63,896 nucleotides of DNA, filler included, from Vannella sp. (GCA_023345925.1; 9 parts of 9 records of this genome joined end to end with filler, not necessarily neighbours in it); one strand, 5' to 3'; counted from the whole stretch's first letter, positions 35,680 through 47,306 are shown. Numbers and translations are program-made. The notes: generated from the letters alone by a model not told the origin.

Positions 35680-37055
35680 TTACTGTTTCTTGAGGAGCTC
35701 ACGAGAGACAAGCACGCGCATGACCTCGTTTGTGCCCTCTAAGATGCGGTGAACGCGCAAATCGCGTAAATAACGTTGAACTGCATAGTCCTTGAGGTAG
35801 CCATAGCCCCCAAAGATCTGCAAAGCATCATCACAGATCTGGTACGACGCATCCGTGGCGAAACGCTTCGCCATGGCACAGTAAACGGTGCGGTCGGCAT
35901 CTTGATCGTCCATTTTCTGAGCAGCGGTTCGTACCATCAGTCTAGAAGCATTCAGATCGATAGCCATGTCTGCTAACTTGAATTGGAGGTGCTGGAACTG
36001 AGAGAGCGTCTGCCCGAACTGAGTACGGACCTGCATGTGGTCGCGAGCCAACTCCAAACAGGCGTGGGCTCCGCCTACGCTACAGGAAGCGATGCTGATT
36101 CGTCCACCATCTAACGCCTTCATAGCAATAGTGAAACCTTGGCCCTCCACTCCCACAAGGTTCTCTACGGGAACTTTGCAATCCGCAAAGACAACCGCGC
36201 GGGTTGGTTGCGAGTTCCAGCCCAGCTGCGGACTCCCACGTCAGTCTTTGACACTCCAAAAGAGATTGAGGTACCTTCTTCTCCTTCTTGCCAAAGGAGA
36301 GGCCTTCTGTGCCCTTCTCGACAGCGATACACGAGATTCCCTTCGGACCTGGCCCTCCAGTGCGGCACATGACCAAGTAGACCTGCGATTCGCCTCCTCC
36401 ACTGATGAAAGCCTTCTCTCCATTCAGTATGTAGTGCTTGCCGTCCGCAGTCTTGACCGCAGAGGTCTTAAGTGAAGAAGCATCCGATCCACTGCCTGGC
36501 TCGGTCAGGCAGTACGAGGCGCAGTTCTCCATGGTGATGAGCTTTGGTAGGAATCTCTGCTTCTGCTCTTCATTGCCAAAGGCGTCGATAACCCACGCGC
36601 ACATGTTGTGGATCGTCAGGAAGGCCGTGGTCGAAGGACAAGCCGTTGCTAGCGCTTCAAAGATGACAGAAGCATCCATTCGCGATAGTCCTGTCCCTCC
36701 GTGCTGATCAGAGACATAGATAGCCGCAAAGCCAAGATTGGCCAACTCGCGCAGCGTCTGGAGGGAGTGTAAGTTCAGGGAATGTCCCCTGGGCAAGGGG
36801 GATCGCATACATCGAGAGGAAAGATGTGCTCTTCGTCCCACTTTGCAGCATGCGGGAGCATCTCGTTGTCCGCAAAGTTCCTGGCCAGTTCTTGGAACTC
36901 TCGCTGCTGCTCCGTCAACCCGCTTGCCGCTGGCGTCCTTTGAGTCCCCACTCTCTTTCTACCACTTGCTACGTACGATTGGATGCACCAGAGAAGAGGC
37001 GAGCGCCCACACGACGACAAATAACCGCCAAAGACCGAGAGGGCGCTCTCAGCAT
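35680..37055 (-). CDS. ACAD8: Isobutyryl-CoA dehydrogenase (acyl-CoA dehydrogenase), 3 introns
   Basis: [63 protein letters not shown]. Confidence 0.92.
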
Positions 37056-37166
37056 GGGAAGCTGAAGGAATGAGTCTCCAAGGTCTCCAAGTCCCATTCT
37101 TACTTCATCCTTATCAAAAGGAATGTTCTGGAGCTCGCAATCCCCTGTTGAGAACGGGTTTTAGTT

Positions 37167-37189
37167 TTTGGCGGGAAAAGGCCAACGGT
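37167..37189 (+). promoter_or_regulatory. E2F-like site TTTGGCGGGAAAA followed by MYB/MSA-like CAACGG
   Basis: TTTGGCGGGAAAAGGCCAACGGT, ending about 57 nt before ATG37246. Confidence 0.55.
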
Positions 37190-37245
37190 CAGCTTCTGAA
37201 GTTAAGAAAGTCGTTGGATCATTGAAATAGCGGTGTCAGAGGCGA

Positions 37246-38088
37246 ATGGTGCAGGAAGGAAGTATGTTTGAGACGCCACGTGTGTATCAGCGAGCCAAGC
37301 AAGGCCGATCCGACAAATCTGCTCTCAAAGAGACAACAAATACGCCTCTGGTGAAGGAGCCATCAAAAGCAAGCAAGAGGGAGCGCCCCTGCAAGACGAA
37401 GAAAGCACGAGGAAAGAAGCCAAAGGAGTCCAATGAGATGGTGGCGCTGAGGGCAGAATTCTGTGCCCTCTCCCCCATACGAGTGATTACTTCCCGAGCC
37501 AAACAAGACAAGATACACAAGGCCACTCTTGATGCTTCGTTTCAAGCCATGCAACAGCTGCGTGAAGACGGGTTTGAAGAAGATCTTGATCTCGACATTG
37601 CTTTGGGTCGGCTCCAGCTCGATGAATCCTTCGCTGATGACCAGGCACCTTCCACACACTTCTCCGACAATGAGTATGGAGGAGAGGACATGTCAGAGCT
37701 CCTTATGGAGCTGAGCGAGGAGAGCCAAGGCGCTGATGAGTCTTTGGAGTTGGACTTTGAGACATTCGGTGATGCAGAGGACCTTCTGACAGGTCCAGTA
37801 GATAACACTGTCATTCGAATCGCTCAGCTGATCACATGCGAGGACCCAGAAGATGAGACAACCACTCTACAGGTGGGAGAGGTCGAGGAAGTTGGCTTGG
37901 CATCGATTATTGCTCGAAATCGTGAAGCTAAGAACCCTCAGCTCGAACCAGAAGACGAAGATAGCTCAGATAACGACTCCATTCTATTTGGGGATCTGGA
38001 AGCGTCCTCTTCAGAAGAGGAAAACTCATCTGCCGCCCCAGGCGACCTCACAGTGGCCCTCCACCATGTCATCTCAAGACTAAACTGA
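37246..38088 (+). CDS. Uncharacterised protein with basic N-terminus and acidic C-terminus
   Basis: 280-aa ATG ORF; TPR/SPIR sites; KSALKETTN is D-box-like. Confidence 0.65.
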   Translation: MVQEGSMFETPRVYQRAKQGRSDKSALKETTNTPLVKEPSKASKRERPCKTKKARGKKPKESNEMVALRAEFCALSPIRVITSRAKQDKIHKATLDASFQAMQQLREDGFEEDLDLDIALGRLQLDESFADDQAPSTHFSDNEYGGEDMSELLMELSEESQGADESLELDFETFGDAEDLLTGPVDNTVIRIAQLITCEDPEDETTTLQVGEVEEVGLASIIARNREAKNPQLEPEDEDSSDNDSILFGDLEASSSEEENSSAAPGDLTVALHHVISRLN

Positions 38089-38148
38089 TTCTTAGAGTGC
38101 TCTCAGTGGTCTCGTGTCTAGTATAGCTTGTATTGTACAGGGAGAGGG

Positions 38149-38619
38149 TTAGTAGCCGGTAATGACGTTGTGGAAGTGATAGATCTCGTCGTGGTCGTAG
38201 ACAGCGACCTCTGTTTCGCAGTAGATACACTGTACAGGGAAGAATAGCTCTTGGGGATCGTGGTCTTGAGGTCGTAGAACCTCCACTCTCTCCCATCGAG
38301 TCTTTCCTTGGCGTTTCGAAGGTCTGTAGAAGAGCTGGTACTCGCAGTTGACCTTGCAGTTGGTCACAAACATGGCACGGTACTGCTCTGTGTGTTCCGC
38401 GTGGCGTTGGCAGTCCAAACAAAGGACAGTGAAGCAAGAAGGGCAATTGAGGATGGCGTCCGTCTTCCCGCGATCTCCAGCCCCCGCCAGGTTCTTCCCC
38501 ACCCACTCCTCGTCTTTATCGTCTTTCCCCTCATCAAAGTAAGGATCCTCCTCCACTGGCTTCTCCGTCGCCCGATTCAGCGGATCTCCTTCCTTCCCAT
38601 CATACACCACCAGCTCCAT
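38149..38619 (-). CDS. EAPP: E2F-associated phosphoprotein-like (Eapp_C)
   Basis: TDAILNCPSCFTVLCLDCQRH..QYRAMFVTNC..PVQCIYCETEVAVYDHDEIYHFHNVI. Confidence 0.88.
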   Translation of the reverse strand: MELVVYDGKEGDPLNRATEKPVEEDPYFDEGKDDKDEEWVGKNLAGAGDRGKTDAILNCPSCFTVLCLDCQRHAEHTEQYRAMFVTNCKVNCEYQLFYRPSKRQGKTRWERVEVLRPQDHDPQELFFPVQCIYCETEVAVYDHDEIYHFHNVITGY

Positions 38620-38730
38620 TCAACCAACAAATACTTGACATCACAACGAAAGGAATACAGCATTATCTTTAGTTGTCGACCAGAACTGGACAACCATTTT
38701 TGGGAAGGTTACTTGAAAAGCAGGCCATCC

Positions 38731-38830
38731 NNNNNNNNNNNNNNNNNNNNNNNNNNNNNNNNNNNNNNNNNNNNTTAATTAATTAANNNNNNNNNNNNNN
38801 NNNNNNNNNNNNNNNNNNNNNNNNNNNNNN
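38731..38830. other. Artificial contig linker
   Basis: 44N-TTAATTAATTAA-44N. Confidence 0.98.
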
Positions 38831-38943
38831 GCGTATCTGGGCCATTGCGACATGTTTCATTGACTTCCTCTTCATGGGTCAATGTCAAGAGCTCGCATTT
38901 CCCCGAGCTGGAGGTCATTTCCCCTTCCCTTCCCGTTTGGTGG

Positions 38944-40287
38944 ATGGAAGGAGCAAGCCTGAGAGAGGTTGTGGAGGAAAGGTTGCGTGCCAAGGAGAGG
39001 TTAGCAAAGGAGAAGAAGTGCTCTCGGGGGGTACCTATCTCTCAAGAGGAGAAGGAATACATGACAGAGCATCGCGTCCTGGACAATCAGGTTCGGCGAG
39101 CCGATCCCGAAGACAACTTCTCGTTCTCTCCTCCTCTTTGGAGTCAGCGGTTGTCATTCGTTGCTGAGATCATTCTCACGCACCAGTGCACCACAGTAAG
39201 CTCTCTCCCTCCTTCTAGTGCCACTTGTAACGCTCTTTTGGAGATCGTGGACTTGGGCTGCGGGAGTGGCAAGTTCATCAGCTACATGCGATTCGCAGAC
39301 GAGAAAGATCGCGTGTTTTACGGTATTGATATTGACGAACATGAACTACGAGGTGCCCTCTCGGTCTGTGAGCCGTACATGACGTCTTACATTCATCCCC
39401 GGCTTCATTCCTTCGATATTCACCTTCTCCACGGCTCAGCGCTTATCCCAGACGACTCTCTCCGAGATAAGGATGCTTTGGTCTGCATAGAAGTGTCAGT
39501 GAGCCCTTATGTTGCCTTACTACACGCCTAATCCAAACGGTGCAGAATGGAGCACATTCTAAGGCCAATGGCCAATCAGTTAGCGGATGTTGTGTTAGGA
39601 TACCTTCGCCCTCGCATTGCTGTCTTTACAACACCGAATGCGGACTTTAACGTGATCTTCTCGTCCCTGAAAACCGGACTTTTTCGCCATTGGGACCACA
39701 AGTTTGAGATGACTCGGTCAGAGGTACTGGCACTTCCTCACTACTGTGTCCTTTCTGATACAGAGGGGTAGTTCCAGCAATGGGCTACGAGCTATGCAGA
39801 AAAGTACAATTATAGTACTTCTTTCGGGGGGATTGGAGATCCTCCAGTGGGCTCTGAAGGCATCGGACAGTGTTCTCAAGCAGTTATTTTTGAGAGGCTT
39901 ACAGATTCTGAGCCCATGTACCTCCCAGCCACCTCCAAAATGCGTCCCTTTGGGACAATATCTCACCCTAAGCAGGTCGAGCGAACTGCTGAGGAAGCTT
40001 TTCGAGACATAGAGGGCGAAATGGACTACTGTTACAGACAGCACTGCAAGTATCACTGCCAGGATGAGTATGAAGAGCCTCTGCTCGACTCCTGGGTGGC
40101 TATTTCCGATGTCCTTCCCATGAACTCACGTGAGACCAAGGTGACTGAGCTATCCCAACTCTTGGAGGTTCTACGCTGTTCAGAGTACTTCGAACTGAGT
40201 GAAGATCAACTAAGAATGCGGGGAACTCCCCTTTTCGTTCAAATCAACAATCCAATGAGTGAGGACGAGGACGAAGAATACATTTGA
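38944..40287 (+). CDS. HENMT1: Small RNA 2'-O-methyltransferase HEN1 (2-3 introns)
   Basis: FSPPLWSQR, DLGCGSG, IEV|MEH, TTPNADFN, FRHWDHKFEMTRSE|FQQWA, SQAVIF. Confidence 0.9.
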
Positions 40288-40303
40288 GCCGATTGGTGAT
40301 ACA

Positions 40304-41555
40304 CTAGCATGTCCAATCTTTCAGAACAGAATGAGACAGCTCCAGTACATGGGAAATAGAGACTTGGGAAGTATCCAAAAGGAGGGCGCGGGCAAGAAGT
40401 AGGCATTTTCTCTCGCATGCAAGCTTTTGGGGAAGCTCTAGTTGTTCCAGATCGGCCAAATGAGCGATTCCTAAGATCCTTCTGACAATCTCCACCGCTG
40501 CATGGCCCAACGCTTCCGAGAGAACGGCCGAAAGATCAATTCCTGAGTTCCATTGAGAACTGCGCTGTCCGAACTCTCTCCAGGTATCTTCTATTTGCAG
40601 GAAGATCCAGTCACTAAAGCTTCGGTTGCTTTGCCAATGAGCCACGGCACTGACCAGGAAGTTGGCAATGAGCACACCAATGTCGAAGCTTGCTGGTCCA
40701 ACGAAGCAGAATTCAGCGTCGATGCACTTGACTTCGTTGTTAGGACCCACTAAAACTGATCCAGAGTGAAGGTCACCGTGCAAGAGAGCCTCCCGTGCGT
40801 TTTGGATGCGTTCCAGCAAGAAATCTCTGCGAGAGAGCGCTTGCCCGGTTATAAGGTCCTCTGCAACTGATCTCCAGAACCCAGGGAGTGTCTTTGTATC
40901 CACATCGAAGGGATCCACGTAACACACTTTGATCAGGAGCTCTTTCATCTCAAAGTTCCCTTCAAACTCGCGAAAGGAAGAAGAATCTACGCTCAATAGG
41001 CGCTCTGACTGACAGATAGTATCCCCTAAGAATGATCCTAAGCTAGTACCGATGCATTGAACCTTCACACCGGCTATTAGCCCTGAAAGTTGCATCAGAA
41101 CCCCTTCACAAGGAAGCTAAGGACGTGAAGACGTACGATCTCGTAGGACATGATAGTCTTGGAGGTACTCCATGACATAAAGAGCCATTGGGTCATCGCG
41201 GTGGAAGATACGAGGAACTTGAGGGGAGACTGTGGCTTGCCATTCGAGTGCGAGTCCTTCAAAGCGTGTTCTCTCGATACTACACTTCCAAGACTCTCCC
41301 ACACAGCGAATGAAAGGCACTGACTACTCTAAATGAGCCACAACGTTAAGGAAACGACCCAATTCGTACCTGTTTGACAACAAGGGAAGAGCGCTGGTCG
41401 CCTCCCTCCCTTTGGCGCACAAGGAACACAAAGTTCATATTCCCTGTTCCAATCTCCTCCCCCACCCACTCAGAGGGACCCTTCCCTCTCCCTAACAGCC
41501 CCTTGCCGTCCAAATAGGCGACCACACTCGAGGCATGAAGGCGCTCGTACGCCAT
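40304..41555 (-). CDS. mtnK: Methylthioribose kinase, 2 introns
   Basis: EEIGTGNMNFVFLV, VVKQ|SVPFIRCVGESW, LLHGDLHSGS, IDAEFCFVGP..FDIG, EIVRRILGIAH. Confidence 0.9.
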
Positions 41556-41639
41556 CCGCAAGGGACTAACAACAACTGAAGAGTGTTTCTTCCAAAGTAA
41601 CGACAAACAGCAGGTAAGGAAGAGAGTCCTCTCTAAGCC

Positions 41640-43645
41640 TCTGCATCGAGATTTTGGAGACCTTCGGAAGACGCGGTCCGGCTCATCAAATTCAATCGGA
41701 GAATGACTGACGTTGCATGTGGCCTTGAGATGGACGCTCGGAGAGCGACTTTGTTCCTCTCTTGTTCAGGGGCAGATGCTTTCCTAGCTGGGAGCAGAGA
41801 TTCCTCCTTTTCGGAATAACTGGGATGCCGGAAATGAGATTGGGATGCCGGAATTTGGGGCAGGGTGTTGGGAGACTTACCTTTGATGATAGATTGGGCC
41901 TACCAAGTCGGATTGGGCCTTTTGCAAAGGGTTTTGGAGCGTCCCAATGAAGGAATGAACAATTTGGAGCTGCTGAGGAGTCAATGTTGACAACATTGAG
42001 GTGACTTGTTGAATGCTGGCATCTTCAGAGGTGTGGGATATTCTGTTGAAATCCGGAGCACTCTTTCGAAGCTCTGGAGTAGGAGAAGGATAAGCAGGAG
42101 GATTCTTCCGAGTGTCCTTTCGGTTTCGATTAAGTTCCAAGTCGTTCTCAACTGGCAAAGGCGGTTCATTTACCAACCGGAGAGAGATCCCGCTTTCCCG
42201 ATAATGCAATGCACAGAAACCGTGGTTTTCTAGACGGTCAGATAATCGGATGGAAAGTCCCTTGGAGGTTTGAAGAGCGTGCTTTGTAGGGTCGATTTGG
42301 AAATTGGCACAAACAGCTGCCAGAGTCTCTTCTACTGTAGAACCAGGTGTTGCAGATACTGCCATTCTCTCAGTGCCAAGAAACTCTGGATTTGGTGGAA
42401 GTGAGACTTCAACGTGCAAAGGCAACATTGAAGCAATCTCGTCTAATTTCTGAATTGGGATGAGCTGCACCTGCCACACGAGAAAGAGGACTCCAAGCCC
42501 ATACTCTTCAAAGCGGTGGCTCTCTTCAAGTAGAAAGCCTCTCATTGTGGCCAAACGGAACCCAGAAGGCTCTCCAGCGCCATACTTATGGCATAGCTGC
42601 TGAATGATACGCCCCACAGTGCAAGAGGCCTTCACCCGGAAGTGGTTTTGTTGAAGACAAGAGAACTTCGTTCCTTTCCGGAACTCTTCTGGGAAGTTGA
42701 CGGCCACTACGTAGGCTTGACTCTCCACAATCTCCGATTCTGTGGGCAATTAGAACAAGAGATTGACAGTATCAAAGCGGTTACCTGGCCAAGAGTGAGC
42801 CGAGATGGAATAGGTCAAAGCAAGAAGATCCACAGATCCCTCCCACAGCTCTTCTTCATCAATGTCAAGCCGCTGGAGCTCCTCCCAAGTGGGTCGAAGG
42901 AGCTTTCAGGAGTGAATTTCGATCCATGAAGGTCCTGAAGATGGTTTCTTACCTCAATATAGGTGCTATACTCTCTAGCAAGTGCTGATTTAAATAAGGA
43001 CTGCTCTGTGATACCTGCTAACGAGCTAAGGTCGGGAGTATCCACAAAATCCCGCATGGAAGCACGGGAAAAGGACATGAGCAATGTGGTTCCCCTTTCT
43101 GTGACCTGTTTCCGTGCTATCTCGCGTGGTGCCTTTGGTTCTGTAGTTTGGTGGATGGGGGTCTTTGCAGGAAGCCGCCAGTCATCTCGAAAGTAAGTAA
43201 TTGTGGCCACCAGCTGTTCTGGCAGCTCTGTTCGCCCTGTGTTGAGGTAGATGACTTGTCCATCAGTTATAAGAGAGACCTTCACAAGCTGACACTTTGG
43301 AGCGTAGAAGACGTCGTCAATGTCGCTGTAAGAGAACTGTTGTTGGAGGCGAAGTGATAATGTCCTGGCCTTGACGAGAAGGACTTGATGAGATGTCAAC
43401 AAGCAGATACGAGCCTTCCAAGGAAAGTGCTTCTTCTCTTGAGCCGCTTGACTGTACTGATACACAAAGAACTGCCCCGAAACTTTCTCCTTCTCATCCT
43501 CCACCCCGAGGTCAGTCTCCGCCCCATTCCCTCGCCATTCACGTACCACAGTGTGAGGAGAGTTCAATAACCAACTATGCAGCATCTGAGGGAACTGAGC
43601 TTGCTGCAATTCCCCATCCTGCAAACCAGAGAGATGCTGCCCCAT
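41640..43645 (-). CDS. Uncharacterised protein (possible PH-like domain plus two ubiquitin-like folds); introns near 42742-42785 and near 41880; 3' end approximate
   Basis: ORFs 42815-43681 and 41877-42749 joined by a GT-AG intron; MGQ start (myristoylation-like); WKARICLLTS PH-like strand; two repeated beta-grasp-like units. Confidence 0.5.
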
Positions 43646-43749
43646 GAACGCCCAACCAAATAATAAATGCGTGATTATCATTTAGCTTGGTCTTTCTCGA
43701 TCAACGGGAAGAGGAAGGATGTTGGCTGTGGAAGAAAGCGCCAAGTTTG

Positions 43750-44835
43750 ATGGGGGCAGTGATGGAGGTTAGCCAAATAGGATCTGGAGGCTCATTGCTG
43801 TGGATGTTGCCGTCCTGGGTCACGAAGGAGGGTCGCACGTACTCTCCTAGTTTGAGACGTCTGCGGTTTAAAGAGGCGCATGCGAGTATCCCCCGCTGGG
43901 ATACGGTTCCGTTGTTCAGCAAAGAGGAGATTCGCGCAAAGTACGAGTTTGGAGGTGGAACCATCGGGCAGGGCGCTGAGGGTGTGGTTCTGCGGGGCTA
44001 TCAACTGGGAACTGTTCCTCTAGTCCATGTTGCAGCCAAGTTAATCACTATTGCGCCCCAGTTCATCCCCTACGCGCTGGTCGAGTCCAAAATCTTGGCT
44101 TCTACGAATCATGCAGCCGTTCCTCTCGTCATAGACCTCTTCAGAGACGAAGACTACATCTACATCATCCAAGAGTTCGTACCAGGAAAAGCCCTCTTCG
44201 AAGTACTTCTCAGCATGGAGATGTCAGAAGACGAGTGCAAGCTTATTTCCTTCCAGCTGCTGGATCTACTTGACTACCTTCACACCCAAGGAACGATACA
44301 CTGTGATATCAAGCCAGAGAACATCATCTACGACCGATCCACCCACAAAGTCTATCTCCTCGACTTTGGCTCAGCCAAGAAGTTCGGTGCCTCCTCTCAG
44401 TGTATCACAGGGGGTACCATCGGCTACTTCGCTCCTGAAGTGATTCAGACTGCGAGTGGGACGAGCGCAGCCTCTGATGTGTGGGCCATGGGAGTGTTGC
44501 TTTTCACTCTCCTGAGTCGTCACCCGCCCTTCTTTTCAGACACCAAGTACCGTGAAGACGATCACTTGATGGAATCCGCTCCCTTTTGGTTCTTCAACAA
44601 CGAGGACTCGGTCGATCTCCGAAGGGAGATAGCAGAAGGCTTTGTTGATGTTGACCACTTGAGTTCCCAGGCTGGTGATCTGCTTCAAAGCATGCTTGAA
44701 GTCGATCCCCAACGTAGAATCACCGCCAAACAAGCGTTGGCCCATCCCTGGTTTGAGGAAGTGCCCTTCCTCTGTGCAAAGTTGGACTTTTCGAGGGTTC
44801 TCCGCGATGTGCGGAGCTCAGGAGTGGAGCAATGA
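43750..44835 (+). CDS. Ser/Thr protein kinase (CAMK-like); start uncertain
   Basis: IGQGAEGVV, AAK, HCDIKPEN, DFG, APE, DVWAMG. Confidence 0.9.
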   Translation: MGAVMEVSQIGSGGSLLWMLPSWVTKEGRTYSPSLRRLRFKEAHASIPRWDTVPLFSKEEIRAKYEFGGGTIGQGAEGVVLRGYQLGTVPLVHVAAKLITIAPQFIPYALVESKILASTNHAAVPLVIDLFRDEDYIYIIQEFVPGKALFEVLLSMEMSEDECKLISFQLLDLLDYLHTQGTIHCDIKPENIIYDRSTHKVYLLDFGSAKKFGASSQCITGGTIGYFAPEVIQTASGTSAASDVWAMGVLLFTLLSRHPPFFSDTKYREDDHLMESAPFWFFNNEDSVDLRREIAEGFVDVDHLSSQAGDLLQSMLEVDPQRRITAKQALAHPWFEEVPFLCAKLDFSRVLRDVRSSGVEQ

Positions 44836-44935
44836 TGATTGAATATATTGTACAACTTGCTTAGTCCCTTTGTGGACCTACTGGCCAAATGGGGCAGTGC
44901 AATGCGGCAATGAAAGAAGAACTATGGCTTTGGGG

Positions 44936-46189
44936 TCACTTGATCCGGTTGGTGATCTTTCGGACTTGTTTAAAGAGTGCTCCAAGAGCAGTTCCCTTCT
45001 TATCCGCGTCATGTTCAGCATCATCGCCCTCGTCTTCTGTTCGCTTGAGAGGGCCGGTTTCCTCAGAGCGCTTCTTGACAATGACTCCGTCTTGGCCCAA
45101 TGAGCTCTTGAGAAGACGAGGTGTGAGCTTTTCCGACTGGCGAGGTGTCTTCAGGCCAGAAGGTGCCTCTTCAGCCAGCTCATCAAGCTTGATTCGCGAA
45201 AGGCGGAGGGAAGTGGGTACTTCGTTGAGCGATGCGATACGAGGAGATAGTACACTTGTCAGATCCAGTTCAGAGAGGCGGCGATTGTTTCCGCTAGCGC
45301 TTTTGAACACGGAACGCGGAGTAATTTGCTTGTTCTGGCTCGAAATGGATGGTTCAAGTGTGTAGCTCAGTCGATGCTGTGCTTCACTAGTTCGCCGAGC
45401 TACAGCAGAGAACCATCGATGTTCCAGTACCTCCACAATGTTGAAGCGGTCCAGAGGGTCGTTCACGAGCATATGAGAGATGAGGTCGTTCGCATCAACG
45501 CTCAGAGACTCTGTTAAGCATTGAACAGCTCCCTCTGCGGCGTTTTTACAAGCTTCTTCGTAAGTACTCCCTGCATAGGGCCATGTACCCGTCAATATCA
45601 CGTGCAAAAGGATACCCAACGACCAGATGTCGGCGCGATCGGGATAGCAATCCTGTCGGTGGCTGATCTCAGGAGGACAGTAGAAGAAGGTTCCCACGGG
45701 GTTGAGCACCATTGGTACTTGAGGCTTGAACTTAACTGCTGTTCCAAAGTCTGCCAACACTACTCGCTTCTCATCATCGCTCATGAGGATGTTTTCTGGC
45801 TTAATATCGAGGTGAGCAATGTACTTTGAGTGGCAGCAAAGAATAGCACGGCAGATGTGATAGAAGATCGAGCGCGCGTCCTTCTCCGGGATGGATCCGT
45901 CGGCTTCGATGGTGTCCATAAGGTCGTGGTCCATCATCTCTAGCACGATAACGGAGATACGTTCTTTGGTGAGAGTTCTGTACTTCTTGATGATACGGAT
46001 GTCACTCAGTTCAGACAGAACTGAGTTTTCCACCTCAAACTCCGCGAGGTGGTTGGGAATAATCTTCAAGGCTACATCCTCCTTCTCCAATGTACTGTAG
46101 GCTACGAGTACCGTGCCCGAAGAGCCCTCCCCGAGTACTTCACTTCCAGTAAAGCCCTCTTCAGCAAGGAAGTCTTCCAGCTCCGACAT
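44936..46189 (-). CDS. Ser/Thr protein kinase (CAMK-like) with disordered tail
   Basis: LGEGSSG, VALK, HLDIKPEN, DFG, PPE, DIWSLG. Confidence 0.9.
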   Translation of the reverse strand: MSELEDFLAEEGFTGSEVLGEGSSGTVLVAYSTLEKEDVALKIIPNHLAEFEVENSVLSELSDIRIIKKYRTLTKERISVIVLEMMDHDLMDTIEADGSIPEKDARSIFYHICRAILCCHSKYIAHLDIKPENILMSDDEKRVVLADFGTAVKFKPQVPMVLNPVGTFFYCPPEISHRQDCYPDRADIWSLGILLHVILTGTWPYAGSTYEEACKNAAEGAVQCLTESLSVDANDLISHMLVNDPLDRFNIVEVLEHRWFSAVARRTSEAQHRLSYTLEPSISSQNKQITPRSVFKSASGNNRRLSELDLTSVLSPRIASLNEVPTSLRLSRIKLDELAEEAPSGLKTPRQSEKLTPRLLKSSLGQDGVIVKKRSEETGPLKRTEDEGDDAEHDADKKGTALGALFKQVRKITNRIK

Positions 46190-46339
46190 GGCGGCAAAAG
46201 CGAATGAATTTACGGCTGTGCCACCAGCCAAATTCTGATTTCTAACACCAACTCGAGACTCGTGTTGTGGGAATCGTATTGCCGGGGTGTTGTGGGAACA
46301 GTTTTATAAAATTGTCTTGGAGAACAGGTTAGAGAGAGT

Positions 46340-46439
46340 NNNNNNNNNNNNNNNNNNNNNNNNNNNNNNNNNNNNNNNNNNNNTTAATTAATTAANNNNN
46401 NNNNNNNNNNNNNNNNNNNNNNNNNNNNNNNNNNNNNNN
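46340..46439. other. Artificial contig linker
   Basis: 44N-TTAATTAATTAA-44N. Confidence 0.98.
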
Positions 46440-47306
46440 GCTGGATCTTCAGTCACCATCCGATTCGTAAACCACGAGTTGGTAAATGCTCCTGAATGTC
46501 AGAAGATCATCAAAAAGCTGATCTCAGACAACATCCACGATGAACTTTGGGACATTCCTGATGCTATTCATCAGGAGGATCTTGACATCGCAGCAGCCAA
46601 GTACGGAGTGTCTATTGCTTTCCAAACTGCCCCAACGGTGAGTATCCGAGGCAGTCGCCTGAGGATTATGGATGCAAAGAGCTCTTTGATATCTCTGGCT
46701 TACAATTCGGTTCAAATTCGCCGACCTGACCACTGGTCTGATGACAAGGATGAGATTTTATGCTCTCTTGATCCCAGCTCTGCTGAGTATACCGATGTTG
46801 TTTCGAAGATTCATGCGACAATCCCGTCTGCACAAATTCACTCGATTCACAGGGTGCAAAACATGAACCAGTACCGCTCCTTCAGGACTGAGTACAACAA
46901 GTTGACTTCAAAGTTGGGGAAGAAGCCAACCGTTAAAAATCTCTTCCATGGTACAAAGCTGGATCGTGACTCGCTGGTGTCACACGAATCTGGATTTTCC
47001 AAAAACTACTCTGCAAGTGGAATGTGGGGCCAAGGTTGCTACTTTGCTGCAAATGCATCTTATTCTCTGCATTACAGTCGAAATCTTCAGAATGGGACGA
47101 ATCAGAAAGAGTTCTTCTTGGTTGATGTGTTGGTGGGAGACTCGATTCTCGTCATGCCCAATGACTCCTCTCTTAAAGAACCTCCAATCAAAAGTGGCAA
47201 TGATCGCTACGACTCTGTCGAAGGAATAACCGGAGGATCCAATGTCTTCATCACTTACTCTGACTGCCGCCAGTACCCCACTCACGCCATCATCTACACT
47301 CCCTGA
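46440..47306 (+). CDS. PARP-family mono-ADP-ribosyltransferase, C-terminal part (5' truncated)
   Basis: IHRVQN, LFHGT, WGQGCYFAANASYS, VDVLVG, YDSV, VFITY..QYP..IIY; KH-like segment upstream. Confidence 0.9.
   Translation, partial: AGSSVTIRFVNHELVNAPECQKIIKKLISDNIHDELWDIPDAIHQEDLDIAAAKYGVSIAFQTAPTVSIRGSRLRIMDAKSSLISLAYNSVQIRRPDHWSDDKDEILCSLDPSSAEYTDVVSKIHATIPSAQIHSIHRVQNMNQYRSFRTEYNKLTSKLGKKPTVKNLFHGTKLDRDSLVSHESGFSKNYSASGMWGQGCYFAANASYSLHYSRNLQNGTNQKEFFLVDVLVGDSILVMPNDSSLKEPPIKSGNDRYDSVEGITGGSNVFITYSDCRQYPTHAIIYTP

Noticed and set aside
41324..41370. Exact U12 branch consensus TTCCTTAAC in mtnK intron 1
   Set aside because: The donor is GTACGA (U2-type), so the match is probably coincidental.
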